64,000 nt of DNA from Cenococcum geophilum (taxonomy: Eukaryota): NCBI GenBank assembly GCA_050273025.1, contig CP158635.1, positions 31,434,001 through 31,498,000 on the forward strand, written 5' to 3'. This document shows, in pieces, positions 1-12,800 of the stretch. The notes under the pieces were generated by a model. That model was not told the DNA's origin and did no database searches. It saw only the letters and a list, made by a program, of their open reading frames with translations. The first letter of the stretch is position 1; each line of letters begins with the position of its first letter. Position numbers and translations under genes: made by a program.

Positions 1-3000
1 ATCGTATAGTAAGAATAGAAACTAGATAAGAGATCTAGTACGTTAGGTTATATAAGGGACAGAGCACTAGTATAAAGAATTACTAATAGGCCGAGGGCAG
101 GCATACTAAGAGTTAAGTGGCTTACCGAACTAGAAAACGAAGAGGATCTAGGAATCCCTACTAGGTTCAAAAAATAATATATAAAGAGCTATTACAACGC
201 AGTAATAAGAAGATACTTCCTTACGGATAAGCCGTATACACTCTAACAGCTATACTAAAAGTAGTATAGGTAACGACATAATAATAAGTAGAAAGATTTC
301 TATATATAGTTAGATAAATAAGTTATCTAAAACCACCCAATTATAGAGAAGGCTATAACTTATATTAAAGGAGCCTTAATTACAATATTAAAGGATCTAG
401 AAGAACAATTAGAGGATTAGAAAAGTAAGAGACGTATCTTAGTACCTGCAAATAAAGTTATAACGTTTAGATTAGTACGATAAAGGTTTAAACTTAAAGA
501 TAAAGATAAGTTAAGAGTTAACCTAAAGCACCTAGTATACTATATGCTATTATAGATTATATACGTAGATAATATATATAAAATGCATAAAAATCCGAAA
601 GAAAAGAACCGGAAATACTTTATATGGATATATTAGGCGATAGTATAAGAATACTAAATATATATATAGATGGCATCTAGCAGAAATTCAAGAGAAAGGA
701 GATTTAATACTTTAGCTAGGAAGATTCCTTACGGAAGAATACTTAAACGGATAACAGTAGTGGGAATGCTTAGAGAATATATATCTATAGTATATAGAGA
801 ATAAAAAGCAAACTAGGCATTGGCTAAAGGATAAGCTAAGTATAATAGGATTAAACAGCTAATAGTTAGGAAAAGTAGAGGCTTACGAGACCAGAGGGAG
901 CTAGTAGTAAAGCCTTAGACCCTTAAAGGAATTTAAAGATAACACCTAAATTTATAAGTTAATTAGTAAGATTAGCAGTTTAAAGTATTAATAGATAGTG
1001 GAGTAATGCGAAACTATATCTTACTAGTAGTAGTTAAAAGAATAGGATTACCTTACAGACAGAAGGAGCAACCTTACCTATTAGTTACGATTTTAGGAGA
1101 TCTAATAGCCTATAGAGGAGGGATTATTAATCTTAAAATAGGACCTATTTAGATAACTATTAAAGGAAGACAAGTTAAGATATCTTTTAATATCCTACTA
1201 TTAGGACGGGATAAGGTAGTATTAAGAATACCTTAGTTACAGGAATATAATCTAAGGATTAATTAGATTATAGGCCAGGTCGATATTAGAAATACTTAAT
1301 ACTATAAAATGCAATAGTAAACTAAGTTAGTATAGTACTAAGTTAGAGCGATATATAAAGAGATTAAGTGAGGCTTAAGTTATATATTAAAGAGATACTA
1401 TAAGTATAGTAAGAAATTATAGAGTCTAAAAAGTAAAAAGCTAGTAGAATATATAGCATAGGACTATAAAATAGAGTTAGAACTAGGAATAAGTCTAAGG
1501 TTCTTTCTAACCTATAAGCTTACTTAAGAGAAGGCGAGTGCACTTAAAGAGTTTGTTTAAGAAAACTTATAAAAGGGATATATTAGACTATCGTAGTTAT
1601 TAACAGGTTATTTAGTACTATTCGTACTAAAGAAGAACGGAAAACTTAGGTTATGCATTAACTATAAACAGTTAAACAGTATTACTTAAAAGGATAGGTA
1701 TCTTTTACCCTTAATTAGCGAAATTTAAGACAGGATAGGTAACGCGTAAATCTTTACGAAGATAGATCTAAGATAGGCGTACCATTAGATTAGGATTAAG
1801 GAAGGCAATAAATAAAAAGTAGCCTTTAGGTTAAGAAAGGGACTATATAAACTATTAGTTATGCAATTTAGATTAATAAATACACTTACAACATTTCAGA
1901 AAAGGATTAATAGTGTATTAGGAAAACACCTTAATAAGTTTATTATGGTATACCTTAACGATATTATTATCTACTTAATAACTAAGGAAGAATACGGGGA
2001 ATACATTAAATAGGTCTTAAAGAGACTATAGAAAGAATAGATGCTAGTAGCAATTAAGAAATGCAAGTTCTTTACAAGAAAGACTAATTTTGTTAAATTT
2101 ATTATTAAACTAGGTTATATTAGTATGGACTTAAAAAAGATTAAAGCTATAGTAAGTTGGTAAGAACTAGAGAATGTAATATAGTTAAGGTTATTCTTAG
2201 GGTTTTGTAACTACTACAGAAGGTTTATAGCATAGTAGTTAAAGAATATTAAACTATTTACTATGCTTATAAAGAAAGAGGAACTATAGGTATAGGGGGA
2301 AGAACAAAAAAAGTTATTTAAAGAACTTAAGGAATTATTTACCTAGAAGCCAATTCTTAAGATCTATTAACTAGGACTAGACACAATTGTAGAAACGGAT
2401 ATATTAGACTATATATTAGGAGCATGCTTACTATAAAAGCACAAGGACGCATAGCATCCAGTAGTATACTATAGTAGAAAGATAACATTATTAGAGTTAA
2501 ACTATAATGTCTATAATAAGGAGTTATTAGGTATAGTTATAGTACTTAAGGAATAAAGAGCATTCTTATAAAGCGCAGAAAAACTATTTATAGTTAAGAC
2601 GGATTATAAAAACCTAATAGGGTTCCTAATAATAAAAGAACTTAATAGGAGATAAGTTAAATAGGTAGAGATGCTTATAGAATACTATTTTAAGATTTAG
2701 TATACTAAAGGAACTAAAAATATAAGAGTAGACATACTTAGCAGAAAAGCTAAACTATAGAGTAATAAGAAACTATTAAAAGCAATATTACGCAGAAACA
2801 AGGATGGATTAATTAGATATAATTACCCTAAACTAGTAGCAACTTAAGAGGGTGACGAACTAGAAAGAGTCTATAAGACACTAGAAAGCTTTTAGGCATA
2901 AAGAATCTTTAAAGTATAGCTAGAGGAACAGTTAGAATATCTAGAAGAAGAAATACTATATAAATATAGAGAAGCGAAGTACATCCTAAGAAGTATAGTA

Positions 3001-4298
3001 GAGCATTTTGTGGAAGATTTCTATAAGGGAATAACTTAAGGACATAATGGAGTAATAGGCTTAGTATTAAAACTTTAGGAAGAATATATTATTAACAGAA
3101 TCTAGAATATCGCGAGAAAAGTAATAAAGGAGTGTTTAGATTGCTAAAGGAATAAACTAATAAGGCATAAGCTATATAGAGGGCTATAACCTATTAAAAT
3201 ACTAGAGAGACTATAGGAGGTTATATTATAGGACTTTATTATTAAGTTACTAAAGTTAAGAGATCCTATTACCGGATAAGATTATAATACAATCTTAGTA
3301 ATAGTAGATAAGTTAACTAAATAGGGCTACTTTATAGCATGTACAGAAGAAATCTTAGTAGAAGATATTGCTAGAATTTATATTAAAGAAGTGTTTATAA
3401 GATATAGAGCACTAAGTAAGATTATATTAGATAGAGATCTAAGATTTATAGTAGTATTCTAGGAAGTGTTCTTAGCGGAGTAAGGAGTTTAAGTAGTAAC
3501 TTTTACCGTATATTACCCGCAGACAAATAGTTAAACGGAAAGATTAAATTAGACGCTAGAATAGTATTTAAGATATTATATTAATTATATATAGAACAAT
3601 TAGGTATCGTTATTACCAGTTATATAGTTTATATACAATATAATACTACAGAAAGGAATAGGCACATTACTATTTAAGGTAAAATATAAATATAAGCTAA
3701 GAATATCGTTATTACTATAATAAGTAAAGAAGATAAGTAGCACAGCTGAAGAAAGAATAAAGACACTAATAAATCTTTATATAGACCTTATAAAGTTAGT
3801 AAAGAAAGTATAAAAAAGAATAAAAAGGTATTATAACGTTAAGAGATCTAAGGGACTAGATCTTAAGGAGGGAGATAAAGTATAGCTACTATATAAAAAT
3901 TTTAAGCGTTAATAACTAAGTAAGAAGTTAGACTACGTTAGACTAAGACCTTTTAAAATTATATAGAAGATTTTACTAGTTACGTTTAAGTTAAACTTAC
4001 TAGCTAAGATAAAGATCTACCCTATATAGTATATCGCAATGCTAGAGCTAGCGTACGAAAATATTAAGCTATTAGTTTACGAAGCAGACATATATAGAGG
4101 ATAAGAAGAAGACAAATAGTAAGTTTTAAAGATTATTAGTTATAAGGACATTAACAATAAAATATAGTACGAGGTTAAGTAAATAGGCTACACTAAGACT
4201 ACCTAGAAACTACTAAAGAATTTAAAAAATGCTATAGGAAAGGTACAGGAGTATCAGAAGAGATTAGGTTAGGTAGTATTAATAAAAAAGGATTACTA
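1..4298 (+). pseudogene. pol: Degenerate pol (PR-RT-RH-INT-chromodomain) of Gypsy A copy 1
   Basis: Motifs in Gypsy order, interrupted by many TAA/TAG stops of RIP type. End coordinate approximate. Confidence 0.9.
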
Positions 4299-4770
4299 AA
4301 AAATAAGTCACATAAAGGGGACCTAAGAAGAGCAGTTACTAAACTACTTAGATCTATTTCCTTTATAGTTAGAAGAGAATCCGTTTTTTTATTACTAAGT
4401 TTCTATAAACCTTATTCTATAAGTTTCTATTTATTAAAATAGACCTTTTTATAAACCTTTTTAAGACGGAGTAACTAAGTAAACGCCGCGATACGGGCTT
4501 TAAGAGCCTTCTACTTTATATTATAAGAATATTTTAACTTAGCAAGGGCTTAAGATAGTTTACTATTTAGCCGCGCAGTAGTAGATTAAATATAAGACTT
4601 TAAGATAAATTAGTTAAGGAACTAAACAACTATTAAGAGTAATAGGTTGCGTATATTTAGTATTAAAGATAGAGTAAACGTTATAGGACAAACAAATATT
4701 CGCTTTAGTATACTTTAAGTAAGAGGACAGTTGTTATAAGGATAGGCTTACTAACGCAATATAAACTAAT

Positions 4771-5243
4771 TGTAAGAGTATATATATTAGATCCCGCCGC
4801 GCTTCCAAACAACTTCGCAAGCACTTCGTGTCTTTTTGGCCGAATGGCGACGTTGGGGCGGGAAACGTTACAATTATGCTTGCGAAGTTACTAGAGCCAG
4901 CTATGGGGGCTGTCGGTAGTAGGTCGAGGGTTCGACCCCCAACGGTCGCATACTTCGCTTTAGTACAGTCAAACACGTCTATAGGGGTTAGGCGAAGAGG
5001 CGTCGGCTTATGTCCGATTAGGCTTAGACTCCAAGCAGCTAAGCAGCCTTTATTACTAGGGACTCCTAATATATAGTGCGACTCTTCGTGTGCGGACCCC
5101 CTGCGGCTTGGCGTTCGAGGACGCGTAGAGGAGAGGGCAATTATAAGAGTATATATATTAGATCCCGCCGCGCTTGCGAACAACTTCGCAAGCACTCCGT
5201 GTCTTTTTGGCCGAATGGCGACGTTGGGGCGGGAAACGTTACA
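4771..5243 (+). mobile_element. TRIM (miniature non-autonomous LTR retrotransposon), 473 bp, 102-bp LTRs at 4771-4872 and 5142-5243
   Basis: TG...CA direct repeats. TSD CTAAT/CTAAC. Absent at the homologous position of copy 2 (~16704). PPT AGAGGAGAGGGCAAT precedes the 3' LTR. Confidence 0.95.
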
Positions 5244-8200
5244 CTAACCCCTTTTTTAAATAACGAGAATATGGAGACGGTATAATTTCACTAAAAGATA
5301 ATATCGCAGTAATAGTACGAGCACGACGTTGCGCCTGCGAAGAGGAAGGAGCCTTAGGTATAATAAGCAATAATATTAACTAAATTAATTAGACGGATAT
5401 TATACCTCTAGTAAATAACTTAGAGATGTTTAGAATCTTTAAGGATAAAGATAAAAAGGAGGGAGATAGTATTATAGACGCTTTAAGTATAATATTATAA
5501 CTATTAGGAGAGGAGTTAAAAGAAGCTAGTTAGTTAATTTAGGTATAGTCTAAAATAGAGCCAATAGAGCTATATAACGAGGAATAATAACTAAGGTTAT
5601 ATAATATTATATATAGTATACGTGGTGTATAAAGGGAATATATATATATAATATATATAATATATACCTTATATATAAAGGGTATTTCTTAAAAGTACGA
5701 TTGTGTATTTAAAGGACTATAGTCCCTACCTAGATAGTTCTCTCCTTTGTAGTAAATCTTAGAATATAATTAGAGTTAATCTATTAGGCAACTACTCCAC
5801 TAGTTATTATTACGTTATTAACTTCTTATTTACCTATATACCTAGCCTATTAATAAGTCTACCGTAGTTCCTACTATAAGGCTTCGTTATATAACGGATA
5901 TTAACGTTATAAACTATTTCTTTATAAATAACTATAGCGATTAGGATATATATAATACTATTACGGAGTAAGTATAAGCGGCGATAATATATAGCAAGGT
6001 AGATATTATTAAGCTATATATATAAACTGTATAAGGAGGTTAAGACGTTACGTAAGGAAAGAAGGTAGGAAAACGGGAAGAAAGGGTATATATTATTAAC
6101 TTAGTTACTTAGTTAATACGTATATAGGGCAGAATAGGGCTTAGGTTATAGTCCTAGCAGAACTTAGTAGAATTTGGTAGAACTTAGCAGAATATAGCAG
6201 AATGCCGTAGATTGCTATTAGATTGCTATTAGATTGCCATTAGATTGCTATTTCGCGGTTAGTCTTTAATTGCTAAGTTAGTAAAAATAGGTGGACGTAT
6301 ACAAGGTATTACGAGGGTGTCCTATAATAGTACCCCCCTTTTAAACTCGAGCTTCTGCGAGATAGGGCTGTGGTAGTTCTAGGTAGAGTTTATAAAAGTC
6401 TTCTACGGCTTATATAAGTCCTATAACGTTAACGGGTTTCTATAAGGACTTAGTAAAGCCTCTCTATTTCGTAAGATATATATATTAGCGTTTCCGTTTA
6501 TTATACTTAATATTATTAATTCTTTTAACAAAGTACTCGTTTTTACTATCTACTTTAACTAATAGGGGAGGGTCCTATATCTGTCTAGGCAGGGCGTTTA
6601 ATATAGGGGTAGTGGGATGGAGGACTAACGTGTAGAATATAGGGTGGATTTTAACCGTATTAGGGAGCTTTAATTAGTAGGAGTAAGAGGAGACAACCTT
6701 CTTAACCTTATAAGGGCCAGCATTCTTCTAATTAAGTTTCTTAGCAGGTTATTTTATGTTTAGATTTCTTATATCTAGCCAGACGAAGTCACTAATTTAG
6801 TAGGCTAGTATTAGGGTTCGTTTCTTATTCGCTGCGGCTTTATAGACAGATTAGGCCCATATCATTTCGTTAGTAAGGAACTGTTATAGTTCCTCCATCT
6901 TTTCTATAAATTTATTTACTTCTATAATTTATAAGGCTTAATAAGTAGGGCGAGAAACGTTACTAAAGGGTTTAAAACCTATTTATAGATACTAGCCGTA
7001 GTTAGCTAGGAACGGTGAGACCTTTATAGTTTCTAAAACGGAATTATTTGCCGTAAACTTAGTAAATATAAGCCAGTTAATCTAGTTATCTTATAAGTAC
7101 GACGTGTATATCCGAATATACTGCTCTATTATAGCATTTATAAGTTCTATTTAACTATTCGTTTCTAGGTAGTATACCGTAAATAATAGTGCTTTAATGC
7201 AGAGTTAGGTAGTTAGTTCTTCCTAGAATATAGAGACAAACTAGCTACCTTTATTAGAGATAATCGTTTTAGGGAGTCTATAGAGTTTCTATACGTGATC
7301 TAGGAATAGCTAAGCAACGGCAGGTGTTAATATATTAGGGCAGGCGATTAAGTGTCTTATTTTGGACAGTTGGTCTATAACTACTATAATATTTATACAG
7401 CCTTTACTTATAGGGAGATTAACAACGAAGTTAATTAAGATATCCTTCCATCTTTAGTCTAGAGCAGGTAGTGGCTTTAGAAGGCCATTGTACGTCTTAT
7501 GCGAAGCTTTAGCTCGTTAGCAGATATAGCAGCTAGAGACATACCTTCGTGTTATATTATGCATATTTGGCTAATAGTATTCTCGTTAGAGCAGTTCTAG
7601 GGTTTTTCCTTAGCCTAGGTAGCTAGCTATTGGTAGATTGTATACGTGTTTAAGAAGCTTAAGCTTAAGCTTATCGTGATTAGGGATAACTAGACGGTTC
7701 TGGTAATATAGGCGGTTTCCGTGGGCTTTATATTTACTTAAAGAAATCTTTCTAGAGCGTCTAATGCCATTTTGCATTAGTTTAAGCGTCTCTTAGATAA
7801 ACTTGTTATTTAGGTATTTGTTAACTATAATCTATTTAATTAATCGATTAGTTATTTTAAGGACGTATACTATAAGATCTTTAGTAAGAGGGTTAAATAG
7901 TTTAGGGCGAAGTAGGGTCTAATTTTAGTAAAAGCGCGCTTCTTCTAGAGCTAGCGCGTCTTGCGAGCGTTAGGTTAGGGCATTAGGCTTCTAACCTTAA
8001 ACGCCTAGGCGGTATATAATTGAGAATTAAAAGTGTAATAAATATTCTAACTAGCGAGCCTAACGATAACTTAACTGTTTCGTGGTTATAAAGTACTGTA
8101 GGTTCTTATAGTCGCTAAGGACCTTAATCGGAAATCCGGCGCCTTCCAGTTTAGGTCGCCATTACTTAAAGCATTTAATAATAGCTAGTAATTCTTTATT

Positions 8201-9870
8201 ATAGATCTCGTAATTGCATTTGGTAGGGCTTAGTCGCTTTAAGAAGTATACTATAGGGTATAATACTCCTTCTTTATTATATTAAGATAGAATGCCTCTA
8301 GTGATATAATTAGATAAGTCGGCTTTTATAACACTTATTTACTCTAGGTTAAAGTGTTAGAGTATAGGTACAGTAGTAAACATAACCTTTAAATGGGTAA
8401 AGGCCTTCTTATATTCTTTATTAAAGATAAAGGTTTTATCCTTTTAAGTTAGAGTAATAAGGGGTAAAACTAGGGCGGAAAAGTTATTAATAAACCGTTG
8501 GTAGAAATTGGCAAATCCTATAAAGGCTCTTATATCCTTAACGTTCTTAAGTTCCTACTAGTTTATAATTACTTTAACTTTCTTTGGGTCTATTTATATA
8601 CCGTTTATAAAAATAAGGAGTCTAAGGTATAGGACTTCCATTTTATAGAACTTGTATTTATCTATATCTAATTATAGACTAGCTTTGTATAGGGCTTATA
8701 GAATAAGATTAACGTGTTTCCGATATTTAGTTAGGTTATTACTATATATTAGGATATCGTTAATATAAGCAGTATAGAAGATGTCTAGGTAGGGATATAG
8801 GGTGTTATTTACGTAATGTTAGAACGAGCTTAGGGCATTTACGAGGCTAAATGGCGTCACTAAATATTTAAATAATCTATACTAAGTACGGAATGTAGTA
8901 AGCCATTTATCTCCTTTTACTATATAGAGGCGGTTAAATACAGAGATAATATTAAGCTTTATATAGTAGTGAGCCTTACTTAGTTAGTTTAGTATCTCCT
9001 ATATTAACGGGATCGGATATTAGTTTTTAACGGTAACGGCGTTAAGAGCTTAGTAGTCTATATAGAAGTGTAAACCGCCGCCGGGTTTCTTAATAAAGAT
9101 TACTAGTACGGCTATAGGCGATAAGCTTGCTCTAATAAATCCTTTACTTAGGTTCTTATTTAGATACTTCCATAGCACTTAGAGTTTGTTTTAGAATATC
9201 TCGTATAGGAGTCTAAATCTAGGCTGCTTTCCGTCTTTAAGTACAATCTTATAGTCGTATAATTGGTATTTTGGTAGCTTATCAGCTTCCTTTTATAAGA
9301 ATGCCTTTAGGCGGTTATAGTACTCTACTAATACCTTTATAGCAGGGTTAGTATGCTTCTTTAGTGCTAAGGCCTTTTTAATATTAGCTATAGTGACAGC
9401 TGTTACGGACGCTTTAAGTACGATGTTATAACTACTTAGGGAAGAGACGGAAGAAGCTAGTTAGTTAATTTAGGCACGGTTTAGGATGGAACCGGTAGAA
9501 CTATATAACGAGGAATGGTAACTAAGGTCATATAATGTGCTACGTGTTAAACAAGAGGAATAGGAGGAACTTACGTACCTTATGTATAAGACGTATATTA
9601 CATATAAGGAGGATTTTATAGGAGTACGGTTGTGTATTTAAGGACCCTTAGTCCCTACCTAGATAGTTCCTTCCTTATAGTGATTCTCAGAATATAATTA
9701 GAGTTAATCTATTAGGCAACCACTCCACTAGTTGTTATTACGTTGTTGACTTTCGTACTTGCATTTCCTATACACCTAGCCTAATAACAGGACCCACCGT
9801 AGTTCTTACTATAAGGTTCCGTTACACAATTATTACCTAGTTATGGTATTAATATAAGAAGTTAAATAAT

Positions 9871-12800
9871 ATGCCACCAAAAGCAGCCACCATAACGCCA
9901 TTGACGGCGGCAACTACTTTAAGGTTAGGTAATGACACCAGTATAGTAGACACTAACTTATAGCAACTTGTAACGGTCGGACAGCTATAAGAGATAGTTG
10001 ACCAGTTAATAGAAAATAATATAACGTTGGAAAATAGGATTAACGGGATAGGCGCAGTAAAGGTTAAGTTACTATTAATTAAAAGATACTTAGGAGAGAG
10101 ATCGAAGCTTAAAGGATTCCTTACGCAAATGCACTTTAAGGTCGCGTAAGAGGGAGCTAAGCTGGTAATACCTATAGATTAAATAGCGTACGTAGGATTG
10201 TTCTTAATAGGAAGAGTACTTAAATAGTTTAAGCCTTACCTTATAGAAATCTAGGCAAATAGAATGACGACTATAAACTAAAAGGTACGGTTTATGTTCT
10301 TAAGCTAGAATGGATTTGTAGAACGACTTACGCAAATGTTTAGAAACCCGGAGGCAGTAACCACGGCGGAAAGAAAACTCTAAGATATTATATAACGAAC
10401 CTTAGTAATTAAGTATATAATATAGTTCTAGACGTTGGCAATATAAGTTAAGTGGAATAATAGGGCGCTTATAGCATAGTATAAACAGGGACTTAAGGCT
10501 AAAGTTTAGGACGTAATTATCCTAATAGAAGATGCGGACACCCTAAGGGAACTAATAGATTAGGCGATTAAGATTAATAATTAGATCTACTAAAGGGAAT
10601 AGACTAAAAGAGGTTAGGATAGAGTTCTATAGTTGTATAAGGCGCAGAGTACGCAACGATAGAAGCTAAGTTAAATACTATGGTATGGCGCAGAGTTAAT
10701 AAACTTAAGTGGTACCAAAGAAGCCTATAAGAGATAGAGTAAGAAACTGTGGAAACCTAGAGGTTAAGGATCTAGTAATTATAGGACTAAGGAGTAGAGG
10801 CTAAACCAAGGATCTTAGTAGCAGAGGATGTTTAGGCAGACTCTATAATAAAAATAATGGTTTAGAGAGGGAGCTTATATAAATTGCGGAAAATAGGGTT
10901 ACTTTATAAGGGATTGTAAAGATGGTTAGAAATACTATGTAATAAAGGGAATAAGACTAATAGTAGAGGACATATACGTATAGAGGGACGACAGTGTACT
11001 ATAAGGAACAAAAGAGTGTTTAATTAGAAGTTTTGTATTTTGTTATAATAATATATACCGAATTTATAAGGACGCTAAGTACGGCGTAAGCTACTGGCTA
11101 TAGGAGCTAGCACCTGTAGGATGTAGAGGTATTAATAAACTAGTTTGCAGATTGGACATTAAGGACGATAAATTTAACGTAGGTGAAATATTTAGTGATA
11201 ATAAGGTAATAAGAGCGGTTTACTAGAAATACGTAGCTATTGGAGATGTTATACTAGAGGCAAAGGATAATTCCACTATAGAACAGGGAACATTAGTAGG
11301 GATTAAGACCCTACTAGATATAATATCTATCGCTTTACAAGACGTAAGAGAAGTAAGATAGCGAACTACTTTGGCACTCAATAAAGGCAAAAGGCCATAG
11401 GCTTAAGATTCTTATAATAAGATAAAAGATAACTAAGATTCTTAAGATAAAATAAGGCAAGCTTAAGGACCTACAATGGACGAAAACTGATAGAGCAGAG
11501 TAGCAGCTTAGTTTAGTAATATATGAATGAGCTTAGGACGAAGTTTCTTATAGGCATAAGATTTTTAAGACGAGATAAGTGAGATTTAAGACTTTTAAGA
11601 TAAGATGGGAATACTAAGTAAGCCTAGTTAAACTAAGGCTAGAGTAAGGCTTAAGTTAGAAGTAAGCTTAGGATTAAAGAATCTAAGGGACTAAGAATTT
11701 GGAGTACGAATTAGGATACCTATAGGCAAGAGGTAAGAAGCTTCTTTATAGATTAGAGAATCTATAGCATAAATAGTAACCAGACTGGGAGATAGATATA
11801 TGGACCCAAAGGACTTACTAGTAGAACGCAGTGTTTAGACTAAAGATTAAAAAGTTAATACTAAGATTAAGAAGTAGGAAGACTTTAAGAATTAGAGCGC
11901 GAGATGTAAACCAAAGGAAACTATAGAAGAATTTAGATAAAAAAAATTATTGTATAGTAAGAATAGAAACTAGATAAGAGATCTAGTATATTAGGACGTA
12001 TAAGGGATAGGGCGCCAGTATAAAGAATTACTAATAGGCTAAGAGTAGGCACACTAAGAGCCAAGTAGCTTACCGAACTAGAAGATAAAGAGGATTTAGG
12101 AATTCCTACTAGGTTTAAGGAATAACATATAAAGGGCTATTACGACATAGTAATAAGAAGATACTTCCTTACAGATAAGCTGTATACACTTTAGCAGCTA
12201 TACTAAAAGTGGTATAGGTAAAGGCATAATAATGAGTGGGAAGATTTCTATATATAGTTGGATAAATAAGTTATCTAGGACCACCTAATTATAGAAAAGG
12301 CTATGACTTATATTAAAGGAGCCTTAATTATAACGTCAAAGGATCTAGAGGAACGATTAGAGGACTAGAGAAGCAAGAGACGTATCTTAGTACCTATAAA
12401 TAAAGTTATAATATTTAGATTAGTATAACAGAGGTTTAAACTTAAGAATAAAGATGAGTTAAGAGTTAACCTAAAGCACCTAGCATACCATACGTTATTA
12501 TAGATTGCGTGTATAGACGATATATGCGAGATACACAAAAATCTGAAGGAAAAGAATTGGAAATACTTTATAAGGATGTACTGGATAATAAATAAGCAAT
12601 AGTATAGGAATGCTAAATATATATATGGATAGCATCTAGTAGAAGTCTAAGAGGAAGGAGATTTAACACTTTAATTAGGAAGATTTTTTACGGAAGAATG
12701 CTTAAATGGACGATAGTAGTGGGAATGCCTAGAGAATACGTGTCTATAGCATATTAAAGACAAAAAGCGAACTAGGTATTGGCTAAAAAGTAAGCTAAGT

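Larger units (their letters stand above)
1..5891 (+). mobile_element. Ty3/Gypsy chromovirus family A, copy 1 (5' part outside window; RIP-inactivated), 3' LTR 5470-5891
   Basis: Colinear with full-length copy 9401-17355. Degenerate motifs: protease IDSG (~990), RT YL(D)D (~1951), RNase H, integrase, chromodomain (~4110-4260). Polypurine tract AAAGGAGGGAGATAG precedes the LTR at 5470. Confidence 0.95.

Noticed and set aside
4771..5243. Retrozyme (hammerhead in the TRIM LTRs)
   Set aside because: No CTGANGA...GAAA core with the required stems was seen on either strand.
4734..5285. Three overlapping ORFs of 69-153 aa
   Set aside because: They span the TRIM and cross its boundaries; they are open only because this island is GC-rich.
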